A stretch of DNA of 64,000 nucleotides from Dehalococcoidia bacterium (GCA_965207995.1 CBDBNG010000001.1:4681-68680), one strand, 5' to 3'. Shown: positions 49,418 through 59,301, counted from the first letter of the stretch. Notes: generated from the sequence alone by a model not told the origin. Numbers and translations: made by a program.

Positions 49418-51006
49418 ACGACAAGCTCGATCTGATACCGGCGGCCCTCTACGCCAGGGTCTCCAGCGACCGCCAGGACGTGGACCTGTCCGTGGCGGCA
49501 CAGCTAAGGGCGCTCAGGGACCACGCCGAGAAGAACGGCTACCTCGTCGTCCGCGAGTACGTGGACGAGGCAGAGAGCGGACGCATCGCAGATAGGCCCC
49601 AGTTCCAGAAGATGCTGGACGAGGCGGGCAAGCCCGAAGCCCCTTTTAGGGAGATTTTGGTCTGGAAATTTAGTAGGTTCACCAGAAAGCGTGAGCACGC
49701 CGTCGCCTTCAAGTCCATGCTCCGCAGGCGCGGCATCCGCGTCGTCTCCATCACCGAGCACGCCGACGACTCGGCAACCGGCAGGCTCATGGAGGCGATA
49801 ATCGAGTCCGTAGATGAATTCTATAGCGAAAATTTGGCGCAGGAGGTTACCAGGGGGATGAGAGAAGCGGCCTCTCGCGGCTTCTGGGTCACCAGCTACG
49901 CCCCCTACGGCTACAGGAGGGTCTACGTCCAGGACGGTCCCAAGAAGCGCCCCAAGCTGGAGTTGAACCCGCCCGCAGACGCTGTGGTCCGCCGCATCTT
50001 CGACATGGCCCTGAAGGGAAGGAGCATCCTCGACATCACCAAGACCCTCAACTCAGAGGGCATCCCCACCATGAACGGCAAGAGGTGGCTCAAGACCACC
50101 ATTCACACCATGCTGGATAACGAAGCCTACACGGGAGCGGTGGTGTGGGGCATCAGCTCCAAGGACGGCCAGCCGCCCGTGAGGGTGGAGGACGCGCACC
50201 CCGCCATCATCTCCAAGCGGGAGTTCCAGCGGGTGAGGAAACTGCTCGACTCCCGCGCACCCAAGCGGGCGAACCCCAGGCGGACGTCCAGTCCCTACCT
50301 GCTCAGCGGCATCCTCAAGTGCGAGACCTGCGGCAGGGCCATGTCCGCATCCGAGGCCAAGAGCGGCAAGTACACCTACTACGTTTGCCAGTCCCTCATG
50401 AAGAGGGGTAGCGGCGCCTGCAAGACCCCCAGGCTCAACGCCAAGAAGATCGAGAGCACCATCGTCGATGAGCTTCGCTCCAACATCCTCACCGAGTCCA
50501 ACATCAGGGACCTGGTGAAGCTGCTGGACGAGGAGATGGACGGAGCGGCACGGGAGCACCGTCAGAAGCTGGAGAGCATCGACGCGGAGCTTGAGGAGGT
50601 GAAGAAGCAACTGGGACGCGTCTGGCACTTCATATCCACAAGCGACAGCGTGGACGTGGCCGCCGCCTCGGATCACATCGTGGAACTGCGGGGGCGCAAG
50701 GAGAGTCTGGAGAGCGCCGCAGACGAGGCAAGGGCGGTGCTCACTGAGCGGCGGCAATACCTGGACTCAACCGACACCATAGCCACCTTCGCAGAGGAGA
50801 TGGGCGAGTTCCTCGCGACCAGCGAGTTGACCGAGACCAAAGCCTTCGTCCACTCCTTCGTCAAGGAGATACAGGTCAAGCCCGGACGGGCGGCAATCAT
50901 CTACGCCATACCGATGCCGGAAGACTCTCCTATGGGTGGTGCGGACTCCGCTGAAATCGCCCTCAAAGGCGGAGTTCGCAAATCGGGACGTGATGGTGGG
51001 CGCTAG
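49414..51006 (+). CDS. Large serine recombinase (integrase)
   Basis: The N-terminal resolvase domain is ALYARVSSDRQ (catalytic Ser). It also has a recombinase domain, a zinc ribbon CETCGRAM...YVCQ and a C-terminal coiled coil. RBS GGAGGAGGA lies before ATG 49414. Its stop codon overlaps the tRNA-Val 3' end. Confidence 0.9.
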   Translation: MNDKLDLIPAALYARVSSDRQDVDLSVAAQLRALRDHAEKNGYLVVREYVDEAESGRIADRPQFQKMLDEAGKPEAPFREILVWKFSRFTRKREHAVAFKSMLRRRGIRVVSITEHADDSATGRLMEAIIESVDEFYSENLAQEVTRGMREAASRGFWVTSYAPYGYRRVYVQDGPKKRPKLELNPPADAVVRRIFDMALKGRSILDITKTLNSEGIPTMNGKRWLKTTIHTMLDNEAYTGAVVWGISSKDGQPPVRVEDAHPAIISKREFQRVRKLLDSRAPKRANPRRTSSPYLLSGILKCETCGRAMSASEAKSGKYTYYVCQSLMKRGSGACKTPRLNAKKIESTIVDELRSNILTESNIRDLVKLLDEEMDGAAREHRQKLESIDAELEEVKKQLGRVWHFISTSDSVDVAAASDHIVELRGRKESLESAADEARAVLTERRQYLDSTDTIATFAEEMGEFLATSELTETKAFVHSFVKEIQVKPGRAAIIYAIPMPEDSPMGGADSAEIALKGGVRKSGRDGGR

Positions 51007-51070
51007 TGGACTCGAACCACTGACCTCTTCCTTGTAAGGGAAGCGCTCTAACCGGCTGAGCTAAGCGCCC
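50994..51070 (-). tRNA. tRNA-Val (anticodon TAC), CCA encoded
   Basis: The reverse complement folds as GGGCGCT-TA-GCTC...GAGC-G-CTTCC-CTTACAA-GGAAG-AGGTC-AGTGG-TTCGAGT-CCACT-AGCGCCC-A-CCA. Confidence 0.8.
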
Positions 51071-51393
51071 GTGGTGGACTGGCCCGCCACGACCGCCGAG
51101 CAGTCGGGGCAGAATCGCCAATAGGCATAGTCGAACATTTCGCAGGTGTAGAGGTCGTCGGCGGCGAAGGCGACACGCGACCGGCAGCCGGGGCAGGTCA
51201 TCTCGTAGCGGTTCGGGCCGACGACTTCGACTTCGAGGCGGTCGCGGTACCAGCGGAGGGCTGCCTCCGCCGGCGGCTCCCCCGAGGGAAACGGCGACGT
51301 CTCCATCTTGTCGTAACCGAACCAGGCTTGGACCGCCGCGACGAGCTCGTCCAAGGTCGTGATGGTGGGCGGACCCCCCGCGCCGTCGGGCAT
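51061..51393 (-). CDS. Small Cys-rich hypothetical protein (zinc-ribbon-like). Weak call; the 3' end overlaps the tRNA.
   Basis: Paired Cys motifs CPGC...CPDC appear in the ORF translation. Confidence 0.3.
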   Translation of the reverse strand: MPDGAGGPPTITTLDELVAAVQAWFGYDKMETSPFPSGEPPAEAALRWYRDRLEVEVVGPNRYEMTCPGCRSRVAFAADDLYTCEMFDYAYWRFCPDCSAVVAGQSTTGA

Positions 51394-51510
51394 CGCCTCG
51401 GCCTCCGCAAACGTACCTCCTCTCGAAGGTACCGGCGGCGGCGCGTGCCTGTCAACGCTCGCTGGCCGGCAGACCACGTTTGCGGGGCAGGTTGGGTGTA
51501 TAAAGAGGCT

Positions 51511-52587
51511 ATGTTCCGCGCGAGACTCATCGCTGCCGTCGTCTCTTCCCTAATCGTCTTCGCCGCGTGCGTATCCGCCGAGCCGCCGACCCAGCCTCCG
51601 ACTGCGACGCCACTCCCGCCGCCGGTGACGCCCACCGCCACATCGCTTCCTCCAACGCCGACGGTGACGGTGGGCCCGGACCTTCCCGAGATCGACCTGG
51701 GGCGGCTCTACCAAGTCCTCGAGACTGACGAAATCGAGCCCGTCTACGATCCCGTGTTCGAGGCGGCAGGGCGGACTCGCCTAGGCGACGAACAGTTGGT
51801 GATGGGCGTCGCGATCAACGGTGAGGCCAAGGCGTACCCCATTTCCATTCTCCATATCCGGGAGATGGTGAACGACGTGGTGGGAGGCACGCCGGTCCTG
51901 GTCACGTGGTGACCGCTCTGCTACACCGGTCTCGTGCATGACCGGCGGATCGACGGAGAGACCCAGAAGTTCGGCAACAACGGCGCACTCTTCATGAACG
52001 CCATGACGTGGTGGGACTGGAGGACGGGAAGCGTGTGGGCCCAGCCATGGGGTCTGGCCATCGACGGCGAGCTGCGCGGCGCGAGATTGGAGCAGCTCCC
52101 CATGAGCCTGACGACCTGGGGCGAATGGAGGGCCGACCATCCCGGCAGCCTGGTGCTCGCCGACGATCGCTACTACCCGCCGCCCCTCACGGGCGTCGAG
52201 TTCGACCCCGACTTCGTCGTGGGCATCGCGCTCGACGATGCGGCGAAGCACTACCCGTTCCCCACGCTTCAGGAGGAGGTCGTGGTCAACGACTTCGTCG
52301 GCGAGGTTCCCGTGACCCTCTTCACGCCGGCGGGCGGGAACGTCCACGCGTTCGTGCGCCGGCTCGGCGACCGCGTGCTGACGTTCGAGGCGGTGAGCAG
52401 CGAGGTCCCGCGCCTGCGCGACGTAGAAACGGGGAGCGTGTGGGACGCGGCGCTCGGGTTGGCCGTCGAGGGGCCGCTGAGCGGTCTGGGGCTGCAGCGG
52501 GCGCCGACCGCGAGCGCCTTCGATTGGGCCTGGCTCGATTTCTACCCGGACTCCGTCGAGTACCAGGGGCGCGACGCGGCGGAATAG
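51511..52587 (+). CDS. DUF3179-family lipoprotein interrupted by an in-frame TGA (51910-51912) where the family has a conserved Cys. It is either a selenocysteine candidate or a pseudogene.
   Basis: The lipoprotein signal is MFRARLIAAVVSSLIVFAAC. ORFs 51328-51912 and 51934-52587 are in the same frame, and the readthrough reads VLVTW-[TGA]-PLCYTGLVHDRRIDGETQKFGNNGALFMN. This fits the TWCPLC..G.V.DR...G....F...G motif of DUF3179 as I recall it. Confidence 0.55.
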
Positions 52588-52600
52588 CCGGGAGAAAAGC

Positions 52601-52677
52601 TGGCGCGCTCGGCGGGATTCGAACCCACAACCTCAGCCTCCGCAGGGCTGCGCTCTGTCCTATTGAGCTACGAGCGC
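52601..52677 (-). tRNA. tRNA-Arg (anticodon read as GCG; anticodon assignment tentative)
   Basis: The reverse complement is GCGCTCG-TA-GCTC-AATAGGACA-GAGC-G-CAGCC-CTGCGGA-GGCTG-AGGTT-GTGGG-TTCGAAT-CCCGC-CGAGCGC-G-CCA. Confidence 0.7.
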
Positions 52678-52837
52678 GCGAGGGGCGGAGCGAAACCGGC
52701 GACGCGGGTCTCACTCCTGTTAGACGCATGCTCCACTATAACAAAGGGGCGTCCGGCGCGCTAGCTGAAGTTCCCGCTGTCGCTATAATCCCTCCGCGCC
52801 CCGACCCCACCAACATTCCCGGCGCGGAGAGTGTGCT

Positions 52838-53848
52838 ATGCGCTTCGAGCTGAGCTTCGATCTTCGGAATCCCCCGTGGTCGGGCAAGCCGTTCGACCGG
52901 TTCTACTCCGACTTTCTCGACCTCGTCGAATGGGCCGACGGCCAAGGATTCGAACGGATCGGCCTGTCGGAGCACCACTTTGTCGAGGACGGCTACCTGC
53001 CGTCGCCGTTCGTCGCCGCCGCGGCTGTCGCCGCCCGCACAAAGAAGATGCGCATCTGCATCAGCCTGGTGCTGCTCCCTTTGAAGCACCCGGTGCAGAC
53101 GGCGGAGGACGGCGCGTTGGTCGACATCATCAGCGGGGGCCGTTTCGAGCTCATGGTTGGCGCGGGCTACCGCAACGAGGAGTACGAAGGCTACGGCATC
53201 TCAATCAAGACGCGGCCGGGGCGCATGGAGGAAGGCGTCGAGATCATCAAGAAGTGCTGGGCCGACGAGACCTTTAGCCACGAGGGCCGGTACTGGACGC
53301 TGAAGAACGTGAACGTCGTGCCCAAGCCGGTGCAGAAGCCCCGCCCGCCGATCATCATGGGCGGCGCCTCTCCGGCGTCGGCGCGGCGCGCCGCACGGAT
53401 CGCCGACGGCTACTCGCCGGTGTCGGCGCGCCTGAGTGAGTTTTACCGGGAGGAGCTGCGGGCGCAGGGGAAGGACCCCGGCCCGATTCCGCCCGCCGAC
53501 GCGCCCCGTCCGCCCCGAAACTTCCTGCACGTGGCCAAGGACCCCGAGGCCGCATGGAAGATCGTCGGGCCGCACGCCATGCACACCGCCAACAGCTACG
53601 CCGAGTTCGCCGCAGGCCTGCGCCACGGCCCCTTCCAGGCCGTCGAAAACCCCGATGACCTCCGGGGCAAGGGGACCGACGAGGTGATGACCCCGGAGCA
53701 GGTCGTCGAGCTTGGCAAGGCCATGGAGGCCGCCGACCCCGATGGGGCGGTGCTCAACTTCCGTCCCCTCATGGGCGGGATGCCTGCCGAAGAGGGACGG
53801 CGCTGCCTGGAATTGGTCGTCTCCGAGGTCATGCCGCACTTCCGTTAG
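52838..53848 (+). CDS. LLM-class (luciferase-like) flavin/F420-dependent oxidoreductase
   Basis: ERIGLSEHHF...ISGGRFELMVGAGY are typical bacterial-luciferase-family motifs. Confidence 0.8.
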   Translation: MRFELSFDLRNPPWSGKPFDRFYSDFLDLVEWADGQGFERIGLSEHHFVEDGYLPSPFVAAAAVAARTKKMRICISLVLLPLKHPVQTAEDGALVDIISGGRFELMVGAGYRNEEYEGYGISIKTRPGRMEEGVEIIKKCWADETFSHEGRYWTLKNVNVVPKPVQKPRPPIIMGGASPASARRAARIADGYSPVSARLSEFYREELRAQGKDPGPIPPADAPRPPRNFLHVAKDPEAAWKIVGPHAMHTANSYAEFAAGLRHGPFQAVENPDDLRGKGTDEVMTPEQVVELGKAMEAADPDGAVLNFRPLMGGMPAEEGRRCLELVVSEVMPHFR

Positions 53849-53858
53849 GCGTGCTGGC

Positions 53859-55289
53859 TCACGCTCCCGCGCGGTAGATGGGACGCTCGAAGCGCGCCGG
53901 GTTGAGGACGTGGCGCGGGTCGAGGGCGTCGCGAACACGCCCGACGACGGCGGCGTGTTCGGGGCCGTAGTAGCGCTGGAACCACTCGTAGTGCTGGGGG
54001 AAGACCCCTTGCTCGCCGGTGGTGCAGCCGAACTCCAACTGGAGCTCCAACATTCGTTGGTGCATCTCGGCGGATAGGGCCTGGAGGCGGTCGAACTCCC
54101 ACGACTGCGGGGCGAAGAAGACAGGGTGAAAAGTGCCGCCGCCGATGTGGCCGATGCGGACGCCGTAGAGGCCGGGGTTCGCGGCGCACATTTCGTCGAG
54201 CATCCGTCCCGCCGCCTCCATGCAGGGAGCCATGGCGTCGAGCGGCCCGTCCATGACGCCGCCGAGCAGCGGGAAGAGTCCGAGCTCCTTGATGAGGTCG
54301 GCCTTCTCGCCGACGTTGCGAAAGCCCACGAAGTTCTGGAACGCCTCGTAGGTAACCTGCTCCGTCCTCCGCGCCCCTTCGGCGCGGGCGACCTCGAAGA
54401 TGGCGTCGAGCTTCGCCTGGGCCTCGACCTCCGTCCAGCCGTCGGTCCCGATCAAGATGACGGCGTCGCGGTCCTCGTTGGTAAGTCCGCCGAGCTCGAG
54501 GAACTGATCGTCCATAAGCTCCATAAGGCGAGGCGGAGGGACCCCCTGCCGGTAGAGCCGGGCCACGGTGCGGCCGGCGTCTTCCACGGTCGGAATGTAG
54601 ACGACGCCCCAGCGGGTGTTGCGCGGCGTGGGGACGAGCCGCAGCCGAAGGTTGGTGATGACGCCGGCCATCGCCTGGAAGCCGGCGAAGAGCCGCGTGA
54701 GGTCGACGCCGCAGGGCCTGCGGTGGGACCGCGTCCCAGTCCAGATGACCTCGCCCGTCGGCAGGGCTACCTCGAGGCCCATGAGGTAGTCGCCCGGCTT
54801 GCCCCAGTAAGGGTCGACGGACCGCCCGCTGGTGTTCGAGGCGGCGAGGCCGCCCCAGGTGACGGGCCCAACGAACTCGGGGTAACTGAAGCCGTGCGGC
54901 GCGAGCGCCTCGTTGAGCGCGCTTTCCGGCACGGCAGGGCCGACCTCGACGTAGCCGCCGTCGAGATTCGGCCGTATCCACTTCAGCCGGCGCAGGTCGA
55001 GGACGAGCGACCCAGGCGGCTCGGGACGGATGACGTCCATGGTGACCCCGCCGACGCCCTGCCGGACGTAGACCGGCGTCTCCCTGTCGTTGGCCTTCTT
55101 GAGGATGGCGCCGACCTCGGCCGCGCTCTCCACCTCGACCAGGGTGATCGGCTCGCCCTCCCGCAGCGACTCGGGCACCTGCACGTGCATGTATTTGCCG
55201 GCCTTGATGATCGGCGAGTACCTGAGCGTCTGTACCCGGGCGGGATCGACGAGCCCGTCTAAGAACGCCCGCGCCGTTGCCGTGTCCAT
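53859..55289 (-). CDS. FAD-linked oxidase (GlcD / D-lactate dehydrogenase-like)
   Basis: The 476-aa ORF shows the FAD_binding_4-type fold pattern and a C-terminal FAD-oxidase domain. Confidence 0.75.
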   Translation of the reverse strand: MDTATARAFLDGLVDPARVQTLRYSPIIKAGKYMHVQVPESLREGEPITLVEVESAAEVGAILKKANDRETPVYVRQGVGGVTMDVIRPEPPGSLVLDLRRLKWIRPNLDGGYVEVGPAVPESALNEALAPHGFSYPEFVGPVTWGGLAASNTSGRSVDPYWGKPGDYLMGLEVALPTGEVIWTGTRSHRRPCGVDLTRLFAGFQAMAGVITNLRLRLVPTPRNTRWGVVYIPTVEDAGRTVARLYRQGVPPPRLMELMDDQFLELGGLTNEDRDAVILIGTDGWTEVEAQAKLDAIFEVARAEGARRTEQVTYEAFQNFVGFRNVGEKADLIKELGLFPLLGGVMDGPLDAMAPCMEAAGRMLDEMCAANPGLYGVRIGHIGGGTFHPVFFAPQSWEFDRLQALSAEMHQRMLELQLEFGCTTGEQGVFPQHYEWFQRYYGPEHAAVVGRVRDALDPRHVLNPARFERPIYRAGA

Positions 55290-55371
55290 GCCGTCTTCCT
55301 TTCTCCTTTAGCTGGCCGTCCGCCGGTAGCGGGGTATACGATATCCTTGCGGTCAACCGGGCGGCATCGTC

Positions 55372-55791
55372 ATGAAGATCAATACGGACTATCTGGACCG
55401 TTGCATCGAGACGCTGGAAAGCGCCTACAACTTGTTGTCGCGGCACGCGCCCGACGACGTCGCCCACCGCATCTATCGCTCGGCTTGCGTGAAGGAATTC
55501 GAGCTCATCGAGGAGCAATGCGGCGCGCTGCTGAAGAGGCGGCTGCGGGAGTACTTCGCATCCAATCGCGACGCGGACCGGCTTGCGTTCAAGGACATCT
55601 TCCGCCATGCGGCGAAGCACGTCCTGATCACGGGAGACGAATGCGAGCGATGGCTGCGCTACCGCGACTACCGGAACGACGCCGCCCATCGCTACGGCGA
55701 AGGCTACGCCAAGGAAGTTCTGGCTGCCTTACCGAGCTTCATCGAGGACGCCAAGGCGCTGTCCCGAACGCTGGCCGGGGAGAGCGAATGA
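55372..55791 (+). CDS. hepT: HepT-like HEPN toxin (nucleotidyltransferase substrate-binding protein family)
   Basis: The HEPN motif is RNDAAHRY. ATGA overlap joins it to the downstream MNT gene. Confidence 0.75.
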   Translation: MKINTDYLDRCIETLESAYNLLSRHAPDDVAHRIYRSACVKEFELIEEQCGALLKRRLREYFASNRDADRLAFKDIFRHAAKHVLITGDECERWLRYRDYRNDAAHRYGEGYAKEVLAALPSFIEDAKALSRTLAGESE

Positions 55792-56099
55792 CCCTCCGAC
55801 TCGACATGAACCCCCGGCACCGGGAGCAGATCGAACGCCTGCTGCGCGAGCACGTTCCCGGCGTGGAAGTGTGGGCGTACGGAAGCCGCGTGGATGGCCG
55901 TGGTCATGAGGGGAGCGATCTGGATCTCGTACTCCGCGGCGGCGACTTGCGGCCGATTCCGCTGGACGCTCTCCGCGGACTGGAGGAAGCCCTCCGAGAC
56001 TCGACCATCCCCTTCATCGTCGAAGTGCGCGACTGGGCGCGTCTGCCGGAGGCATTTCACCGCGAGATCGAGCGCGGCTACGTGGCCCTCACAACCTAG
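55788..56099 (+). CDS. mntA: MntA-like minimal nucleotidyltransferase antitoxin
   Basis: GSRVDGRGHEGSDLDLVL is a GS-x-SDxD NTase motif. The start is set at MTLRLDMNP. Confidence 0.75.
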   Translation: MTLRLDMNPRHREQIERLLREHVPGVEVWAYGSRVDGRGHEGSDLDLVLRGGDLRPIPLDALRGLEEALRDSTIPFIVEVRDWARLPEAFHREIERGYVALTT

Positions 56100-57481
56100 C
56101 TGACGCCGCCCTGCCGCAGCGCGTAGGCGCACGCCGACTCGGCGGCGACCTTCCCGGTGATCAAGGCGATGCCGAGGCCGCCGAGGTATCCCCCGCCGCC
56201 GGCTTTGCCGTGGATCCCTCCCGCGGAGCAGCCGGCGGCGTAGAGCCCGGGGATGACGCCGCCGGACTGGTGCAGCACCTCGGTCTTCTCGTTGATGGCG
56301 ATACCGGGGAAGGTGAAGGTGATTCCGGGGCTCACCGGGATGCCGTAGAACGGCGGCGTGGCCACCTTCGTGGCGCCGGTCGCGTTGTGGCGCTCGACCC
56401 CCTCCGTCAACGACTTGGGGTTCATGCCGCACCGCTGGGCCAGCTCCTCCACCGTGCCCCCGCGCTCGACCCTGCCGCCGCGCTCCTCGATGGCGGGGTT
56501 GACGCTGGCATGGTAGGGGCCGCCGCCCTTGGCCGGTCCGGTCCATAGCGGCTCATCGAGGACGACCCAGTACCCGGCGGGGTCGGCCGATGCCAGCATT
56601 CTGGCCGTGAGGTCGGGGCCATCGGCGGCCCCGTGCTCGAAGAGCACACCCCGCTCGTCGACGACGGGTGCCTTCAAGCACAGCTCGTCGAACATCGGGT
56701 ATGGGAGAAAATTCTCGTCGGAGGCCGCGTTGCGGTGGAGGATGTGCCCATAGACCCCTCGGCCCTCCCCCGCGACGTAGGCCCCGTGCTTCTGGGCCAT
56801 GGTCAAGCCGTCGCCCGTCGCCGTGAGGAGCGCCCGCAGCGAGCCCTTGCTGGCCTTAGGCCAGAGATAGCGGTCAACCAGTTCAGGGTTGGCCTGAAAG
56901 CCACCGTCGGCGATCACGACCGTGGGCGCCTCGATCTGGAGGTCGCCGGCCGCCGTTCCCGTGGCGCCGACGACCCACCGGCTGCCATCGCTCGATCGGG
57001 CCAAGGACTGGGCTCTGGCTCCGTAATAGATGGCGCCACCCTGCTGGATGAACTTGAAGTGCAGGTTCCGCATGGCGAGGTCGGGCGCCGCCGCTCGGTT
57101 GAACGCCCTCCCCGGTTGCGACGGCCCGCGCGGGTCGATGGTGAACTTCCCGTGCTCGCCACCCTGCGGCTTGAAGGGGACGCCCTGGCTCGCCAGCCAC
57201 TCGATGCTCGGCTTCGACTCGTCCGCGACCAACCGCGCGAGGTTGGGTGCGATCTCGCCGCCGGTCACGTTGTTGACGTGGGCGAGCATGGCCTCCGGCT
57301 CCAGGTCCATGGGTCCCATCGCCAGGTGGAAGGCGCCGCCCGACAAGCGAATCCCTGCCGCGCCGCCAAGCTCCTGGCCGCGTTCGAGTGCGACGACGTT
57401 CGCTCCGAGCTCTTGGGCCCGCAGCGCGACCGAGATTCCGGCCGTTCCCGCGCCGATGATGACGATGTCGCAGGAGTCCAT
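56096..57481 (-). CDS. FAD-dependent oxidoreductase (fumarate reductase/succinate dehydrogenase flavoprotein-like, KstD/TcuA-type)
   Basis: The N-terminal dinucleotide-binding motif is DIVIIGAGTAGISVA and the C-terminus is GLYAAGCSAGGIHG. Confidence 0.8.
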   Translation of the reverse strand: MDSCDIVIIGAGTAGISVALRAQELGANVVALERGQELGGAAGIRLSGGAFHLAMGPMDLEPEAMLAHVNNVTGGEIAPNLARLVADESKPSIEWLASQGVPFKPQGGEHGKFTIDPRGPSQPGRAFNRAAAPDLAMRNLHFKFIQQGGAIYYGARAQSLARSSDGSRWVVGATGTAAGDLQIEAPTVVIADGGFQANPELVDRYLWPKASKGSLRALLTATGDGLTMAQKHGAYVAGEGRGVYGHILHRNAASDENFLPYPMFDELCLKAPVVDERGVLFEHGAADGPDLTARMLASADPAGYWVVLDEPLWTGPAKGGGPYHASVNPAIEERGGRVERGGTVEELAQRCGMNPKSLTEGVERHNATGATKVATPPFYGIPVSPGITFTFPGIAINEKTEVLHQSGGVIPGLYAAGCSAGGIHGKAGGGGYLGGLGIALITGKVAAESACAYALRQGGVS

Positions 57482-57560
57482 GAAGTTGCTTGTGGGGCGA
57501 CGCTGACGTTGCGTTGGCCATTCTAGCGGAAGCAGGTGGCGGGCATTGCGTGTGCTAGCC

Positions 57561-58025
57561 CTACACCAAGAGCGACCACAGGGCGCCCGCGAACACGCAA
57601 ACGCTGAAGCCCGTCAACCACCCGCCGACGTCGCGATAGGCCCAATCGCGAATGCGGAGCCCCTCAGTGATCTCGTACGCCAGGAAGCCGGTGAACATGA
57701 TTCCGACCGCCCCCAGCGCCAGACCGTGAGGAAGTTGGCCGAACAGCGCGGCGACGATCAGCAGCCCGGCCAGGACGCCGACGACCGCGTGCATGCCTTC
57801 GCGCTGCCACGCCCACCCGCGCACCGGGTCCTTGCGCCACTGTCCGCCGTCGCCGATGTACCAGGCCGGGTTCTCGTCGGGCGGCGGCGACGTCCGGGTG
57901 GCGCCGGGGTGTTCGCGGATCGCGGCCAACCGGTACGAATAGCGTTCCTGTCGCGTGCTTCCTTGTCGAACGACGACGCTGCCGCCCTCGTTTGGGTCGT
58001 CGTAGACATAGCGTTTCAGCAGCAA
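57561..58025 (-). CDS. Hypothetical membrane protein
   Basis: Hydrophobic helices appear in the C-terminal half of the ORF translation. Confidence 0.35.
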   Translation of the reverse strand: MLLKRYVYDDPNEGGSVVVRQGSTRQERYSYRLAAIREHPGATRTSPPPDENPAWYIGDGGQWRKDPVRGWAWQREGMHAVVGVLAGLLIVAALFGQLPHGLALGAVGIMFTGFLAYEITEGLRIRDWAYRDVGGWLTGFSVCVFAGALWSLLV

Positions 58026-58447
58026 CCTCCGGTCAGAGCAAGGGAATCGGTCAGGGGGCCGCCCTCCACCTGGATGGACAAGCCCATGATTGACGCTACG
58101 GCTTGGCGGTGCGGTCGGTCAAGGGCCGAGTGTCTGTGCGGGAAGCGGCTAGCCGCCTGACGACTGACCCAGCAAGAAGATGACCACACCGGCCCCCAGA
58201 CTCAGAAGGCGAGGCACAACCCACCGGATGACGCCTAACACTCCGGACGCCTGGTTGATTTTGGCCTCCACGTCACGGAGGCGTCGGTCTAGTTCGATGA
58301 GGCCCGAGTCGTCAGGGAGAACAGGCTGTTCGACCTCGGCTCGGCGGAAAAGACGACTCATCCCATACGCTCCTTAGGTGTGACTTACATGCACAAAGGT
58401 AGCGCGGGCACTGCGCGTTCCGTTACCAGACTATCCGGCGATAGCCT

Positions 58448-59149
58448 TCAACTGCGGGAGCGTCGTCCCTTGAACGGCCAGCACTCCCAAGGTGCAGGGA
58501 GCCTGCCGTCCTGTTCTCCGGCCTTCTTGATCGCATCCATCACGGTGCGTTCCTCGATGTCGCACGCCTCGGCTACGGCGGTGTAGCCCATCATCTTTGG
58601 CAGCCCCAGGTAGAGAAGAACACTGAAGACGTAGGCGAGTGTCGCGTTTCGGTTGTCGTTGGCGTAGGGTGGTTGACCCTTGTGGGCCTGGGGCTTCGGC
58701 GGGGCAGTGCGTTCGCCCCGGTGCACTTCAGCCGCCCACTTCGCAAGAGGGGCGGGGAACGGCTGCCCCTCTTCATGGAGGCGGGCGGCGATAAGGTTCA
58801 GGGCCTCCCAGTAGTCGGGATCACGCGCGCTGGCCTCGACCATGTTTCGGAGCTTCTCGGCCTGTCGTTCCTCTCCCCAATCCCATCCTTCCCCATTACC
58901 CTCACCCCAACTACGCATTGCGAACCAGTTCTCCGCCTCTCTGGAACCCCGCCAGGGAATCGTGGACATGTCGAAGCCGTGCAGGAGGTAGCGGACGACG
59001 TAGTCGGCCTCTTCTTGCGCCTCAGCCTCGGTTAGGCCCTTGAACAGGTCTCTCGATAGCAGCGCGTTGTGTTCCTCGACGGGAACATCCTCGCCGCGTT
59101 CTTGCTTGGCGAGCGTCGACTCCCACAAGACGCGCCGTTGCTCATGCAC
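58448..59149 (-). CDS. Hypothetical protein
   Basis: This is a 233-aa ORF with plausible codon usage and no recognised motif. Confidence 0.35.
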   Translation of the reverse strand: MHEQRRVLWESTLAKQERGEDVPVEEHNALLSRDLFKGLTEAEAQEEADYVVRYLLHGFDMSTIPWRGSREAENWFAMRSWGEGNGEGWDWGEERQAEKLRNMVEASARDPDYWEALNLIAARLHEEGQPFPAPLAKWAAEVHRGERTAPPKPQAHKGQPPYANDNRNATLAYVFSVLLYLGLPKMMGYTAVAEACDIEERTVMDAIKKAGEQDGRLPAPWECWPFKGRRSRS

Positions 59150-59214
59150 TGGCCTGCAGCTTCACCGCTATGCCCGCCGGGTTGTCGTCAAGGTAGCCCA
59201 TCTAGAAAATAGAG

Positions 59215-59301
59215 TGGTGCCGAAGGTGAGATTCGAACTCACACGCCCGTAAGGACACTGCGCCCTGAACACAGCGCGTCTGCCTGTTCCGCCACTTCGG
59301 C
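59215..59301 (-). tRNA. tRNA-Leu (anticodon CAG), long variable arm, CCA encoded
   Basis: The reverse complement is GCCGAAGTGGCGGAA...CTGTG-TTCAGGG-CGCAG...GTTCGAATC...TTCGGCACCA, closely resembling bacterial tRNA-Leu(CAG). Confidence 0.8.

Noticed and set aside
51061-51477. Full-length ORF 51061-51477 as annotated by the track
   Set aside because: The N-terminal part is Pro/Arg-rich and the 3' end overlaps the tRNA-Val gene. Only the Cys-rich C-terminal portion, from MPDGAGG, looks plausible, and even that is a weak call.
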